Below are positions 7,617-16,761 of a DNA stretch of 29,736 bases, piece after piece. Made by a program: the position numbers and the translations under genes. The DNA is from Candidatus Hydrogenedentota bacterium (lineage in GTDB: Bacteria > Hydrogenedentota > Hydrogenedentia > Hydrogenedentales > JACPGD01). Where the stretch lies: NCBI GenBank assembly GCA_016182645.1, contig JACPGD010000517.1, positions 1 to 29,736 on the forward strand. Direction: 5' to 3'. Position 1 is the stretch's first letter, and each line of letters starts with the position of its first letter. Under the pieces are notes generated by a model. That model ran no database searches. It had not been told where the DNA came from and was given only the letters and a program-made list of their open reading frames with translations.

Positions 7617-7670
7617 AGAGCACGTATTTCCGTGTTTTTGTGCTTCGTCTCCCTTGAGCGCCAATAATGC

Positions 7671-7699
7671 TTGCTGATTGTGTTTCCGTGCGCTACAAT
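7671..7699 (+). promoter_or_regulatory. putative sigma-70-type promoter for the giant surface-protein gene (-35 TTGCTG, 17-nt spacer, -10 TACAAT)
   Basis: Hexamers read directly from the sequence in an AT-richer divergent intergenic region, about 110 nt upstream of the ATG at 7812. No experimental support. Confidence 0.3.
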
Positions 7700-7811
7700 G
7701 CGGAAGGTATGTACAGCATGCCAGCACGATGTCTGTAGTAGGTTTTCTGTATCGAATTTCTGAAACACGTGGCGGCCTGCAGGACGCTACGTATAGCGCA
7801 GGGGACGACCA

Positions 7812-10800
7812 ATGCAGCGCTTAGGGGTTTTCGCTTGGGCGGCGGGTGTAACGGGCGCCGTCATTGCCACCGTGGTGGTGGCCGCCGCGGTGTTCCAGCA
7901 AGAGGCGCTGCCGGCGCCGGATCGGCTGGACGGGGCTGGGGCACCATCGGAGACAGCGGTCCCAACGCCCGGGACGAAACCACTGCCGGCTGCGCTCCAG
8001 CGTAAGCTGAAGAAAGGCCCAAAACCCCACGATCAGCCGGCCGAAGCGCAGGAATTCTATGTGCAGCAACGTATGGGCGGCGCGGGGCCGCTGGACTATG
8101 CCTTGCTCGAGGCGGCCGCCGCGGAGGCGGAGAAACTGCCGTCGGCCAATGTATTCGCCGAGAAGGCCGCCGGGGACATTAGCGGTTGGGAGGAACTGGG
8201 TCCCGGCAACATTGGGGGACGTACGCGAAGCCTGCTGCTTGACCCCTTGAATCCGGACATTATGTACGCCGGCGGTGTGGCGGGCGGCGTCTGGAAATCC
8301 ACGGATGGCGGCGGCAACTGGGACCCGCTCAATGATTTGATGGACAACCTCGCCGTGACGACGCTGGCGTTTGAGCAGCAAGGGTCGCCCACCACCAATA
8401 CCGACGTGATATACGCGGGTACGGGCGAGGGCTATTTCAACGGCGATGCGGTGCAAGGCGCGGGGATCTTCAAGAGCAGCAACTCTGGCGCTACCTGGAC
8501 GAGGCTGGCCAGCACCAATAATGCAGACTTCTTTTTTGTGAACAAACTGGTGGCCAGCCCCAATAATCCGCAGGTACTGTACGCGGCGACGGCCACGGGC
8601 ATCTGGCGTACCAACAATGGGGGCCAAACCTGGACACCGGTCCTCCGCAATAATGGGGCGGGCGGAACGAGCGGCTCCGCGGTAAGGACTTTCGTTGGCT
8701 TCACCGACATCGAGATTCGTACCGACCTGACCACGGACACGTTGTTCGCAAGCAATGGAAGTTTCATCGCTCCGCCCAACTTCCCGGCGGACGGCATCTA
8801 TCGCTCTTTGGATGGCGGGGACTCCTGGTCTCGTGTTTTCACCCGGGCGGACATGGGCCGATCCGATCTGGCCATAGCACCGAGCAATCAAAATGTCATT
8901 TATGCCTTGACGGCGGACGCTCAAAATGGTGAGCGGTTGCTGAACGTGTTTCGGAGCATGGATGGCGGCACGACGTGGGCGCCGCGGATTTCAGGCACCT
9001 TTAACCGGCATAACGCGGACTGGCTGTTGCTCACGAATCCGCTCATTGCCAATCTGGGCCCGTGCTTCGGCGATTTCGACGGGGAATTCAACCAGGGCTG
9101 GTATGACAACATTATCGCCGTTGCGCCCCACAATCCCGACATCGTGTTTGCGGGCGGTATCGACCTGTTTCGGTCCGACAATGGCGGCGCCAACTGGGGC
9201 ATCATCAGCTACTGGTATGAGCCGATTGCCGGGACCGCCTTCGCGCACGCGGACCATCACGCACTCGTATTTCATCCGGCGTGGAATGGCGCCTCGAATC
9301 AGGTCCTTTTTAATGGCAGTGACGGTGGTGTCTATCGAACGAATAATGCGCTGGCCGCCGTGGCGTCCGGCGCCAATGATGGGGTGTGCAGCGATTCGAC
9401 AGAGGTGGTGTGGAACAGCTTGAACAACAGTTATGGCGTGACGCAGTTCTACCACGGACGGCCTTACCCAGCGCCCACGGAACGGTACTTTGGGGGTACG
9501 CAGGACAACGGCACGCTGCGCGGCGCGGACAATACGGGATTGAATGGCTGGAACGAAATCAACGGCGGTGACGGCGGCTATGTCAGCTTCCACCCGGGCA
9601 ACCCGAACATCCTCTTCGCCGAGAACACCGGCGCCAGTATGCAGCGTTCGGTGAATGGCGGCTCAACTTTTGATGATATTGTGTCGGGGGCGGGGCAAAT
9701 CAATTTTGATATCGACCCTGGCTTCATGTTCATCACTCCATTCCGCCATGACCCGAGCAATCCCGACCGGATCTGGTATGGCGGCTGGTTTGCCTGGCGC
9801 TCGAACAATGCCGCGAGCGCCTCCTCGGCAACCGCCGTGCGCTGGACCCAGGCCAGTGCAGTGACCCCCGGCGATGGGAGCATCTCGGCCTGGGGCATCG
9901 ATCCCAACAACAGTAACAAGGTCTACGTGGGTCTTTCAGACGGTGTTGTTGCGCGGACCACCAATGCCACAACATCCACCAGCGCCACCAACTGGGCGGA
10001 CATTACGCCACCCTTCACCGGGTTCGCCTACATCAGTTGGATCGAGGTGGATGGCAACGACACGACCGGCGGAACGGTGTATGTGACCAACTCGGTGTTC
10101 GGCTCCCAGCACGTTCTTAAGTCAAGCAACGGGGGCAATGCCTGGACGGACATCACCGGGAACCTGCCGGACATTCCCGTCCACTGCCTTGTCGTGCAAC
10201 CGGGGGCGGCAAGCAATTTGTTCATCGGGACCGACCTTGGCGTTTTTGTGTCGAAGATTGGCGGGGGGAATTGGACCCGCATGAACTCAAATGGTTTTGC
10301 GAACGTCGTGGTCGAGTCGCTCGAATTTCAGGACGCCGAAACCCTCTATGCCTTTACGCATGGGCGCGGGGCTTTCCGGGCGGCGGTACAGCCACCGGCC
10401 GGCGGCGAGGGTGAAGGGGAAGGCGAAGGCGAAGGCGAGGGAGAAGGCGAAGGTGAGGGGGAAGGGGAAGGCGAAGGGGAAACGGTGATCGTCGATGTGC
10501 TGACTGATGTGGCCGATGGCGACACGTCGTCGGTCCAGGCACTGGGTCTGAATCGCGGTCCCGATGGTAAGATCTCGCTGCGCGAAGCCCTCCTGGCCAC
10601 GAACAACACCGGTGGCCCGAATGTCATCACCTTCTCTGTCAATGGCGCTATCCGGCCGTCGACGCCCTTGCCGTTCCTCAGCGACCAGAGCGGCGGCACC
10701 CAAATTCAGGGGGGCAATACGATTACGCTTAATGGGATCTTGGCGCCCGCGGCCACGGACGGTCTCGTGCTGAGTTCGGGCGCTAACGCCGTCATTGGCT

Positions 10801-12434
10801 TGAGCATTATCGATTTCACGGGCAATGGCATCAGTATCCTGGGCGATCAGAACATTGTCCAGGGGTGTTTCATTGGCATCCGCCTGGATGGCTCGACCCT
10901 GCAAGGCAACGATCTGAATGGGATAGCCCTCTCGGGCGGCAGTGGCAACCTGATCGGCGGCAGTTCCACTCAGCAGCGCAACGTGATATCTGGCAATGGG
11001 CTAGGGATCCTGATCAATGTTGGCGCACAAGGCAATATCATTCAGTCGAACTTTGTGGGCACGACGGCCAGCGGGACGGCCTCGGCGGGCAACCTCTCGC
11101 ACGGTATACTGCTGGAGGAGGCGGGAACGTCCGACAATATAATCGGCGGAGTGGGCGTCGGGAACGTGGTGTCGGCCAATGGCGGTGAAGGCATTATCGT
11201 GAACGATGCCGGCACGGGCAACCAAATCCAGGGCAATTTCTGCGGAACCAACGTTACGGGCGCCGCGGGCCTGGGCAACACGGAGTCCGGCATACTCGTG
11301 GACAATACGACCGGATGCCTGATTGGTGGGGCCGTGGCGGGACAGGGCAACCTGGTGGGGGGCAATGGCTCCGACGGCATCGCCCTGGGAGGCGACGCTT
11401 GTGAGGGCAATGTAATCTCAGGCAACCGCGTGGGCGTCAATCTGGCAGGGACCGTGGCGATCCCGAATGCCAATGAGGGGATTGTGTTGTTCGGGGGGGC
11501 GCACAACAATACCATCGGCGGTTCCACCGCGGGCGCGGGCAACCTGGTTTCGGGAAATATCTTCAATGGCATCCTGCTGGCCAGCCGGACCACCGCCAAC
11601 CTGGTGCAGGGGAACATCGTGGGCTTGGGCGCGGACGGCACAACGCCTCTTGGCAATTTTGAAGACGGTATTGGCCTGGCCAATGGGGCGAGCAATAACC
11701 TGATCGGCGGCGAAGGCACGGGCGCGGCCAACGTGTCCAGCGCGAACAGGGGCGCCGGCGTGCACGTGAATGGATCGAACACATTGAACAACACCATCAG
11801 CCGCAACAGCATCTATAACAATGCCGGCCTGGGAATCCGGCTGAGCGAGGGCGGCAACGGCAACATGGGCGCGCCGGTCATTTCCGGGCTGGGCTCGGTG
11901 GATGGGACCGCGCCTCCCGATAGCACCGTCGAGATTTTCGTGGACGGCAGCGACGAGGGACGCATCTACCTGGACACGGTCACCGCCCAGAACGATGGTA
12001 CGTTCTCGAGCGACGAGCCGGTGGGCGCCTATGTCGGCATGTTCGTGACCGCCACGGCGCGCAATGCGGCAGGCAGCACCTCGATATTCAGCGTGCCGCT
12101 GTTGATTTCGGGAGTGGGCGAGGGTGAAGGCGAGGGCGAGGGCCGCGGCGACCACAGTGCCGACCTGAACAAGAATGGCCGCATTGAATTGTCCGAGTTG
12201 CTGCGCCTGGTGCAATTCTACAATTCAGGGATCTTTCATTGTCAGGGCGGTACGGAGGACGGCTACAATCCGGGTCCCGGCCCACAGAATTGCACCACGC
12301 ATGACAGCGATTACGCCGATCAAGACTGGCGCATCAACCTCTTCGAATTGCTCCGGCTTGTCCAGTTCTACAACAGCAACGCCTACTTCGAATGCACCGG
12401 TACGGAGGATGGCTACTGCCCCGGGCTGGGGTGA
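7812..12434 (+). CDS. giant modular cell-surface protein (1540 aa): N-terminal anchor, BNR/Asp-box (sortilin/GH74-like) beta-propeller, (GE)n linker, CSLREA motif + right-handed parallel beta-helix, second GE linker, duplicated dockerin-like Cys-containing C-terminal module
   Basis: - N-terminal hydrophobic anchor.
- At least 8 S/T-x-D/N-G-G-x-x-W BNR motifs (KSTDGGGNW, KSSNSGATW, RTNNGGQTW, RSLDGGDSW, RSMDGGTTW, RSDNGGANW, KSSNGGNAW).
- GEGEGE x12 at aa ~865-890.
- ISLREALLATNN then repeated N.I.GN....GI.L beta-helix rungs.
- Two C-terminal repeats (DLNKNGRIELSELLRLVQFYNS...C..GTEDGY.PG). Confidence 0.85.
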   Translation: MQRLGVFAWAAGVTGAVIATVVVAAAVFQQEALPAPDRLDGAGAPSETAVPTPGTKPLPAALQRKLKKGPKPHDQPAEAQEFYVQQRMGGAGPLDYALLEAAAAEAEKLPSANVFAEKAAGDISGWEELGPGNIGGRTRSLLLDPLNPDIMYAGGVAGGVWKSTDGGGNWDPLNDLMDNLAVTTLAFEQQGSPTTNTDVIYAGTGEGYFNGDAVQGAGIFKSSNSGATWTRLASTNNADFFFVNKLVASPNNPQVLYAATATGIWRTNNGGQTWTPVLRNNGAGGTSGSAVRTFVGFTDIEIRTDLTTDTLFASNGSFIAPPNFPADGIYRSLDGGDSWSRVFTRADMGRSDLAIAPSNQNVIYALTADAQNGERLLNVFRSMDGGTTWAPRISGTFNRHNADWLLLTNPLIANLGPCFGDFDGEFNQGWYDNIIAVAPHNPDIVFAGGIDLFRSDNGGANWGIISYWYEPIAGTAFAHADHHALVFHPAWNGASNQVLFNGSDGGVYRTNNALAAVASGANDGVCSDSTEVVWNSLNNSYGVTQFYHGRPYPAPTERYFGGTQDNGTLRGADNTGLNGWNEINGGDGGYVSFHPGNPNILFAENTGASMQRSVNGGSTFDDIVSGAGQINFDIDPGFMFITPFRHDPSNPDRIWYGGWFAWRSNNAASASSATAVRWTQASAVTPGDGSISAWGIDPNNSNKVYVGLSDGVVARTTNATTSTSATNWADITPPFTGFAYISWIEVDGNDTTGGTVYVTNSVFGSQHVLKSSNGGNAWTDITGNLPDIPVHCLVVQPGAASNLFIGTDLGVFVSKIGGGNWTRMNSNGFANVVVESLEFQDAETLYAFTHGRGAFRAAVQPPAGGEGEGEGEGEGEGEGEGEGEGEGEGETVIVDVLTDVADGDTSSVQALGLNRGPDGKISLREALLATNNTGGPNVITFSVNGAIRPSTPLPFLSDQSGGTQIQGGNTITLNGILAPAATDGLVLSSGANAVIGLSIIDFTGNGISILGDQNIVQGCFIGIRLDGSTLQGNDLNGIALSGGSGNLIGGSSTQQRNVISGNGLGILINVGAQGNIIQSNFVGTTASGTASAGNLSHGILLEEAGTSDNIIGGVGVGNVVSANGGEGIIVNDAGTGNQIQGNFCGTNVTGAAGLGNTESGILVDNTTGCLIGGAVAGQGNLVGGNGSDGIALGGDACEGNVISGNRVGVNLAGTVAIPNANEGIVLFGGAHNNTIGGSTAGAGNLVSGNIFNGILLASRTTANLVQGNIVGLGADGTTPLGNFEDGIGLANGASNNLIGGEGTGAANVSSANRGAGVHVNGSNTLNNTISRNSIYNNAGLGIRLSEGGNGNMGAPVISGLGSVDGTAPPDSTVEIFVDGSDEGRIYLDTVTAQNDGTFSSDEPVGAYVGMFVTATARNAAGSTSIFSVPLLISGVGEGEGEGEGRGDHSADLNKNGRIELSELLRLVQFYNSGIFHCQGGTEDGYNPGPGPQNCTTHDSDYADQDWRINLFELLRLVQFYNSNAYFECTGTEDGYCPGLG
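10404..10484 (+). repeat. in-frame imperfect hexanucleotide repeat (GGN GAR)x~13 encoding the Gly-Glu linker; shorter second tract at 12113-12142
   Basis: Direct reading of the sequence. The unit length of 6 keeps the frame if copy number changes. Confidence 0.85.
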
Positions 12435-12439
12435 ACAGC

Positions 12440-12458
12440 GCCCGCGGATGGCGCGGGC
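12440..12458. terminator. GC-rich hairpin (7-bp stem GCCCGCG/CGCGGGC, 5-nt loop) between convergent genes
   Basis: It lies 6 nt after the TGA at 12432-12434 and 40 nt before the convergent aminotransferase stop. There is no T-tract, so at best a bidirectional or non-canonical terminator. Confidence 0.3.
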
Positions 12459-12499
12459 ACGGACAGACACGGAGCAGTTGATTTGGCTGGGGTGGCCGG

Positions 12500-13843
12500 C
12501 TAGGCCGCCACGTACCGGTCGATGGCTTGGCGCAGCGTCGAGAAGATCCACGCGCGTTTCTTGTCGTCGCTCTCCAAAAGCGTGAAGCGGAAGCCCGCAT
12601 GCTCGCTCTGGAAGCCGGTCAAGGGCACGACCACCACGCCGGTGGCCCCCATCAGATAGTAGACGAAGCGCTTGTCGGGGGACACGTTCTTCACCAATTG
12701 CTCGATGCGTTCGCGCACGATCGCGTTCTCGATGGGCAGTGTCTGGTGTTGGTTGAGCACGCCGTCCTTGAACATGACGGTGAAGTAGAACGCGCCGCCC
12801 GGTTTGTTGGCGATGACCGCGCCGCAGCCGTCGAACGCCGTCATGGCTTCTTCCGCCCGCTGTTCAAAGATGCCCGCGCGCCGTTTGAGGTGGGCGGGGT
12901 AGCGACCATCCCCAAACACGCGGGGGATGGACATCTGCGGCAGGGTCGTCGAACAGACTTCGAGCCGCTTGGCTGCCAGGAGGCTTTCGACATAGGTGGC
13001 GAAATTGGCGTCGCGGCCTTTGTTCAGGATCTCGAGCCAGCCGCAACGTGAGCCGGGCCAGGGGTATTCCTTGCTGATGCCGCGCATGGCGAGGGCGGGA
13101 ACGTCTTGAATCCACTGGCTCATGTGGAGCCGGGGATATCCTTCATAGACGATGTGCGAGTAGATTTCGTCCGCGATCATGAACAAATTGTATTCCTGGG
13201 CGATCTTCACAATTTGGTCCAGGATTTCACGCGGATAGACAGCGCCGGTCGGGTTATCTGGGGAAAGCAGGAGGATGCCCGCAATCGAGTCGTTGTAGCG
13301 CACCTTATTGCGGATGTCTTCCACGTTGGGCATCCACCCGTTATAGGGATCGAGCTGATAGGTGACGTGGCTGTAACCGGAATGGGCGGCTTCAGCGGAA
13401 CTGTGGGTGCTGTAGGCCGGCGACGGCCCGAGGACCCGCGCCTCGCGCTTCAGGAACCCGTAGACCTTCGCGACAGCATCGCCAATCCCGTTGAAGAACA
13501 GGATGTCATCCGGGGTGATCTGTACGCCGCCGTCGCGGACGTTGACGTGCTCCGCCAGGAATTCCCGGGTGGCGATGACCCCGGCCGTGTCGCAGTACCC
13601 GTAGGAGGCCGGCTGGTTGAGCAGCTCATGCAGGATGTCACAGATCCAGGGGGCGAGCGTTTCGCCTTTTTCGATCGGGTCGCCGATGTTTTCCCAGGTG
13701 ATCTTCTGGCCGAGGGCGCGAATCGAGCGGGCCACGCCCACGATCTCTCGGATCTCGTAGTGCAGGTTTCCGGCGCCCTCGTGAACAATACTTCTTCTCA
13801 TTGCGACCCCAAGTCCGTTGGTTTGGTTATTACCCCTGCTCAT
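12500..13843 (-). CDS. class I/II PLP-dependent aminotransferase (alanine/aspartate aminotransferase-like), 447 aa
   Basis: Family pattern throughout (NIGDPIEKG, LLLSPDNPTG, YSHIVYEG) and the PLP-lysine context GISKEYPWPGSRCGW. Start taken at the internal ATG 13843; an alternative ATG lies ~42 nt downstream. Confidence 0.85.
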   Translation of the reverse strand: MSRGNNQTNGLGVAMRRSIVHEGAGNLHYEIREIVGVARSIRALGQKITWENIGDPIEKGETLAPWICDILHELLNQPASYGYCDTAGVIATREFLAEHVNVRDGGVQITPDDILFFNGIGDAVAKVYGFLKREARVLGPSPAYSTHSSAEAAHSGYSHVTYQLDPYNGWMPNVEDIRNKVRYNDSIAGILLLSPDNPTGAVYPREILDQIVKIAQEYNLFMIADEIYSHIVYEGYPRLHMSQWIQDVPALAMRGISKEYPWPGSRCGWLEILNKGRDANFATYVESLLAAKRLEVCSTTLPQMSIPRVFGDGRYPAHLKRRAGIFEQRAEEAMTAFDGCGAVIANKPGGAFYFTVMFKDGVLNQHQTLPIENAIVRERIEQLVKNVSPDKRFVYYLMGATGVVVVPLTGFQSEHAGFRFTLLESDDKKRAWIFSTLRQAIDRYVAA

Positions 13844-13995
13844 GCATACCGGAACACAAAAGATAGTTGCCGGAAGGCGCGGGAAAGCGGGTGAAGCCAC
13901 GGATCATAGGGGCTGAGGCGGCGGGAATTCAATTGTCCTGAGGGGAGGATGTGCGGAAGGGGAGTCGAAAAGCGCCGGAACGCCCGAGGGGGGAG

Positions 13996-14949
13996 TCAGA
14001 TACGCCGATCCGTGTAGACGCCCCCGCCGCGGCGGCGCGAGCTTTCCCGGAGCCGGGAGAGGGTGTCGAGCAGTTCGCGGAACGAAATGGACTGTGCAGG
14101 CTCGTGGCTTGTGACAAAGAAGCTGATATCGAGGACAGGGACGCTGAAGGGGCGGGGCGTGGTCCGGCTGCTTTGGGCGGCGGCGAGGGCGCTGCCCTTT
14201 CCGATAGAGTTATAGAATTCCGGCAGGTGCTCGCGCCAGAGCTTCGCTACTTTTTCGCAGTACTCATCAGCGGAACCCTTGGGCAGGATGACCAGAAAAT
14301 GCCCACCGCCCAGGTGACCCACTTTAAATGGTTCTGAATGAAACTGTTCCCCCAAGGCCTGCAGCGCGCGGGCCACGTGACGAATGGCCTTGGCGCGCTC
14401 TTCTTCTCCCACGATTCGGCCAAACTCAGTGGCGTGCAGGAGTTCCACATAGACCAGTTGGAAGGTCTGGCGGGTGTTAAGTGCCCGCTGGACTTCGAGT
14501 TTAACCCCTTTGGCGCTCAGCAGGCCCGTCATGGTGTCCAGATTGGAGGCGTGCGAATTTGTGGAAAGGAGGTTTTCGACGCGCTTCAGGAGCATCTCGA
14601 AGCGAAATGGTTTTGAGACATAGTCGTCCGCCCCCTGGGCCAGGCCATGGGAAATCTCTTCCTCATCGCTCATGGCCGAAAGCATGAGAATGGGCAGGCT
14701 GTAGAGCTGCTCATTGGCGCGGATGCGGCGGCACAACTCAAACCCGGAGATGCCGGGGAGCATGACGTCGAGAATGAGCAGATCAACGGGATTGGCCTCG
14801 ATTTCCGTCAGGACATACTCCGCCCGTGTCTGCGCCCTGCAGGTATGGCCAGAGGCGCGGAATTCCTGTACCATCCGGCTTGTGAGCCGTTCGTCGTCAT
14901 CCACTACGAGAATTGTCGCCACTGCGCCCGTTCGTCCCGCTTGTCTCAT
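13996..14949 (-). CDS. response regulator: REC receiver domain + degenerate GGDEF domain (GGGHF in place of GG[DE]EF)
   Basis: N-terminus ILVVDDDERL...LLILDVMLPGISGFEL has the phospho-acceptor Asp context. The C-terminal domain is diguanylate-cyclase-like, with signature HLGGGHFLVILP lacking the catalytic acidic residues. Confidence 0.85.
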   Translation of the reverse strand: MRQAGRTGAVATILVVDDDERLTSRMVQEFRASGHTCRAQTRAEYVLTEIEANPVDLLILDVMLPGISGFELCRRIRANEQLYSLPILMLSAMSDEEEISHGLAQGADDYVSKPFRFEMLLKRVENLLSTNSHASNLDTMTGLLSAKGVKLEVQRALNTRQTFQLVYVELLHATEFGRIVGEEERAKAIRHVARALQALGEQFHSEPFKVGHLGGGHFLVILPKGSADEYCEKVAKLWREHLPEFYNSIGKGSALAAAQSSRTTPRPFSVPVLDISFFVTSHEPAQSISFRELLDTLSRLRESSRRRGGGVYTDRRI

Positions 14950-15129
14950 CCCGTCCTTTATACAAGCTAAGCTGTTTTGTCACCTGGATATATAAACAGT
15001 ACCACGCCGCCCGCGCCACGTCAAACCTGACCTACTGCGTCCGACCTGCCTGCCCCGTCTGACTCCTCAGAATCGTCCGATCGGTTCGATCCGACCGCTC
15101 AGTCCGATATCCTCTCCCCCCTTCAGCGC

Positions 15130-16758
15130 CTAGGTTTCCCGGTGCGCGGCCGGGTCAACCTTAGTCTTCTCCGCGGGCGCGGGAGCGCCAGTGGTCTTAA
15201 AGACGGCCGTCTTTCCCTCGTCGTCGACCAGCTTGGCCAGGTATTCCGGCACCTCAATGCCGGCAATATCGCGCATCGTGTGGAGCATCGGCGGCAGGAC
15301 CTGCGCCATGCTGCTGAGGAATTGCGCCGTGCTCCCTTTCCCGTCGCCCGCCTGGCCATTGCCGTGCGCGCCGTTGTCCCAAACGACAACCTTGTCGAAT
15401 TTGATGTTGCTAATGGCCTTGGCGGACTGTTCGGCGAGATTGTCCAGGTGTTCGAGCATGAGCATCTGGAAGGCCTGGTTCGCGCCGCCGCACGCATCGA
15501 CAATCGCGCGCAGTCCTTCCGCCTTCTGGCGCAGCATCTCGTATTGACCGCGCGCCTGGGCTTCCAGCCGCGCAAAAATGGCGGAAGCCTCGCCCTCCGC
15601 CTCGATCCGGCGCTTCTGGGCTTCGGCTTCCGCCTCGACGATGGTACGCGCTTTTTGCGCCTTGGCGGGCGCCTCGAGTTCGGCCCGGCGCTCCATTTCG
15701 ACGCGCTCCGCGTCGGCCAGGGCAGCTTTCGCGAGCGCCTTATTGCGCGCTTCGAGCACGGCAGCCTTCGAGACCTCGGCCTGCGTCTCCGCGAGCTGGA
15801 ACGCTTCGGCTTCCTTCACCTTTAAGTTTGCGGTGGTCCCCGCAATGGCCGCCTTGGACAGGTTTTCCCCCTCGATCGCGCGCGCATTGGCAGAGGCGAC
15901 CGCAATACGCATCTCGCGTTCGGCCTCTTTCACTTGCGCGTCCCGTTGGAACGCCGCGGTTTGCTCGCCGATCTTCTGTTCCTTCTCGAGATCGGCAATA
16001 CTGACCGCCTGCTCCCGCTCCGCCTGGCGAATACCGACTTGCTTGTTCTTGTTCGCCTCGGCGACGCGCACTTCTTTCTCACGCACGTTTTCCGCCACGC
16101 GGATTTCGCCCAGTTTCTCCTGTTCAGCCACGTCAGCCCGCGCCTGTTGCACAGCCTCAGACGCGGCTTTCTTGCCGATGGCGTCGATGTAGCCGGACGC
16201 GTCGGTGATGTCCGTGATGTTCACGTTAATGAGCACGAGGCCGATCTTGCGCAGTTCCGGCTCGAGCGAAGCTTGCACCTTGTTCAGGAAATGATCGCGG
16301 TCGCGATTGATTTCCTCGATACGCATCGAAGCGATCACCTGACGCAACTGCCCAAAAATGATGTCCTCGGCCTGTTTCTTTATCTGCAACTGGGTCAGGC
16401 TGAGCAGGCGGATGGCCGCGTTGTTCATTGTGACGGGGTCGGTGCCAATCGCGACGGTGAAAACGCTGGGCACGTGGACGCGGATGTTTTCCATGGAGAG
16501 GGCGTCTTTGAGCGGCACCTCGATCTGAATGGGTTCCAAGCTGAGGAAAGCATAGTCCTGCAGCAAGGGGATGATGAACGCGGCGCCCCCGTGAATGCAG
16601 TGCGCGCTGTCGCCGCCGCCCACCTTGCCGTAGATCACCATGATGCTGTTGCTGGGACAGCGTTTGTAACGCCTCGCCAGCAGCATGATGAAGCTGAGCA
16701 CCACCATCACCGACACGATGATTACTGTCAGGACCCACGGTATCAACATGAGGGACAC
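15130..16758 (-). CDS. flotillin / SPFH (band-7) family membrane protein, YqiK/FloT-like, 542 aa
   Basis: N-terminal TM followed by an SPFH domain, then a long Ala/Glu/Lys/Arg-rich coiled-coil (EAEREMRIA...AEAEAQKRRIEAEGEA), typical of flotillins. Confidence 0.9.
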   Translation of the reverse strand: MSLMLIPWVLTVIIVSVMVVLSFIMLLARRYKRCPSNSIMVIYGKVGGGDSAHCIHGGAAFIIPLLQDYAFLSLEPIQIEVPLKDALSMENIRVHVPSVFTVAIGTDPVTMNNAAIRLLSLTQLQIKKQAEDIIFGQLRQVIASMRIEEINRDRDHFLNKVQASLEPELRKIGLVLINVNITDITDASGYIDAIGKKAASEAVQQARADVAEQEKLGEIRVAENVREKEVRVAEANKNKQVGIRQAEREQAVSIADLEKEQKIGEQTAAFQRDAQVKEAEREMRIAVASANARAIEGENLSKAAIAGTTANLKVKEAEAFQLAETQAEVSKAAVLEARNKALAKAALADAERVEMERRAELEAPAKAQKARTIVEAEAEAQKRRIEAEGEASAIFARLEAQARGQYEMLRQKAEGLRAIVDACGGANQAFQMLMLEHLDNLAEQSAKAISNIKFDKVVVWDNGAHGNGQAGDGKGSTAQFLSSMAQVLPPMLHTMRDIAGIEVPEYLAKLVDDEGKTAVFKTTGAPAPAEKTKVDPAAHRET

Positions 16759-16761
16759 TCC

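Noticed and set aside
2824-7623. Long N-terminal extensions given by the ORF track for 2824-4908, 4263-5843, 6526-7623 (and 19571-22066)
   Set aside because: The extensions are Arg/Pro-rich or repeat-encoded and overlap the upstream gene. Internal ATGs give proper signal peptides or domain starts and produce the recurring ATGA junctions, or a strong SD in the case of 21925.
10404-10484. GE hexanucleotide array or heptamer arrays as CRISPR
   Set aside because: Units are 6-7 nt with no spacers, and the GE array is in-frame coding. They are not CRISPR.
12131-12139. RGD tripeptide after the second GE linker, next to an integrin-alpha-like FG-GAP locus
   Set aside because: A tripeptide match is expected by chance in a 1540-aa protein. 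There is no basis for an integrin-like interaction in a bacterium, so it is noted only as a curiosity.
7821-12215. Minus-strand ORFs (7821-8924, 8991-9593, 10287-10904, 11042-11812, 11418-12215) inside the giant gene
   Set aside because: These are antisense shadow ORFs. The plus-strand frame carries the repeated BNR and beta-helix motifs, and the antisense translations are low-complexity.
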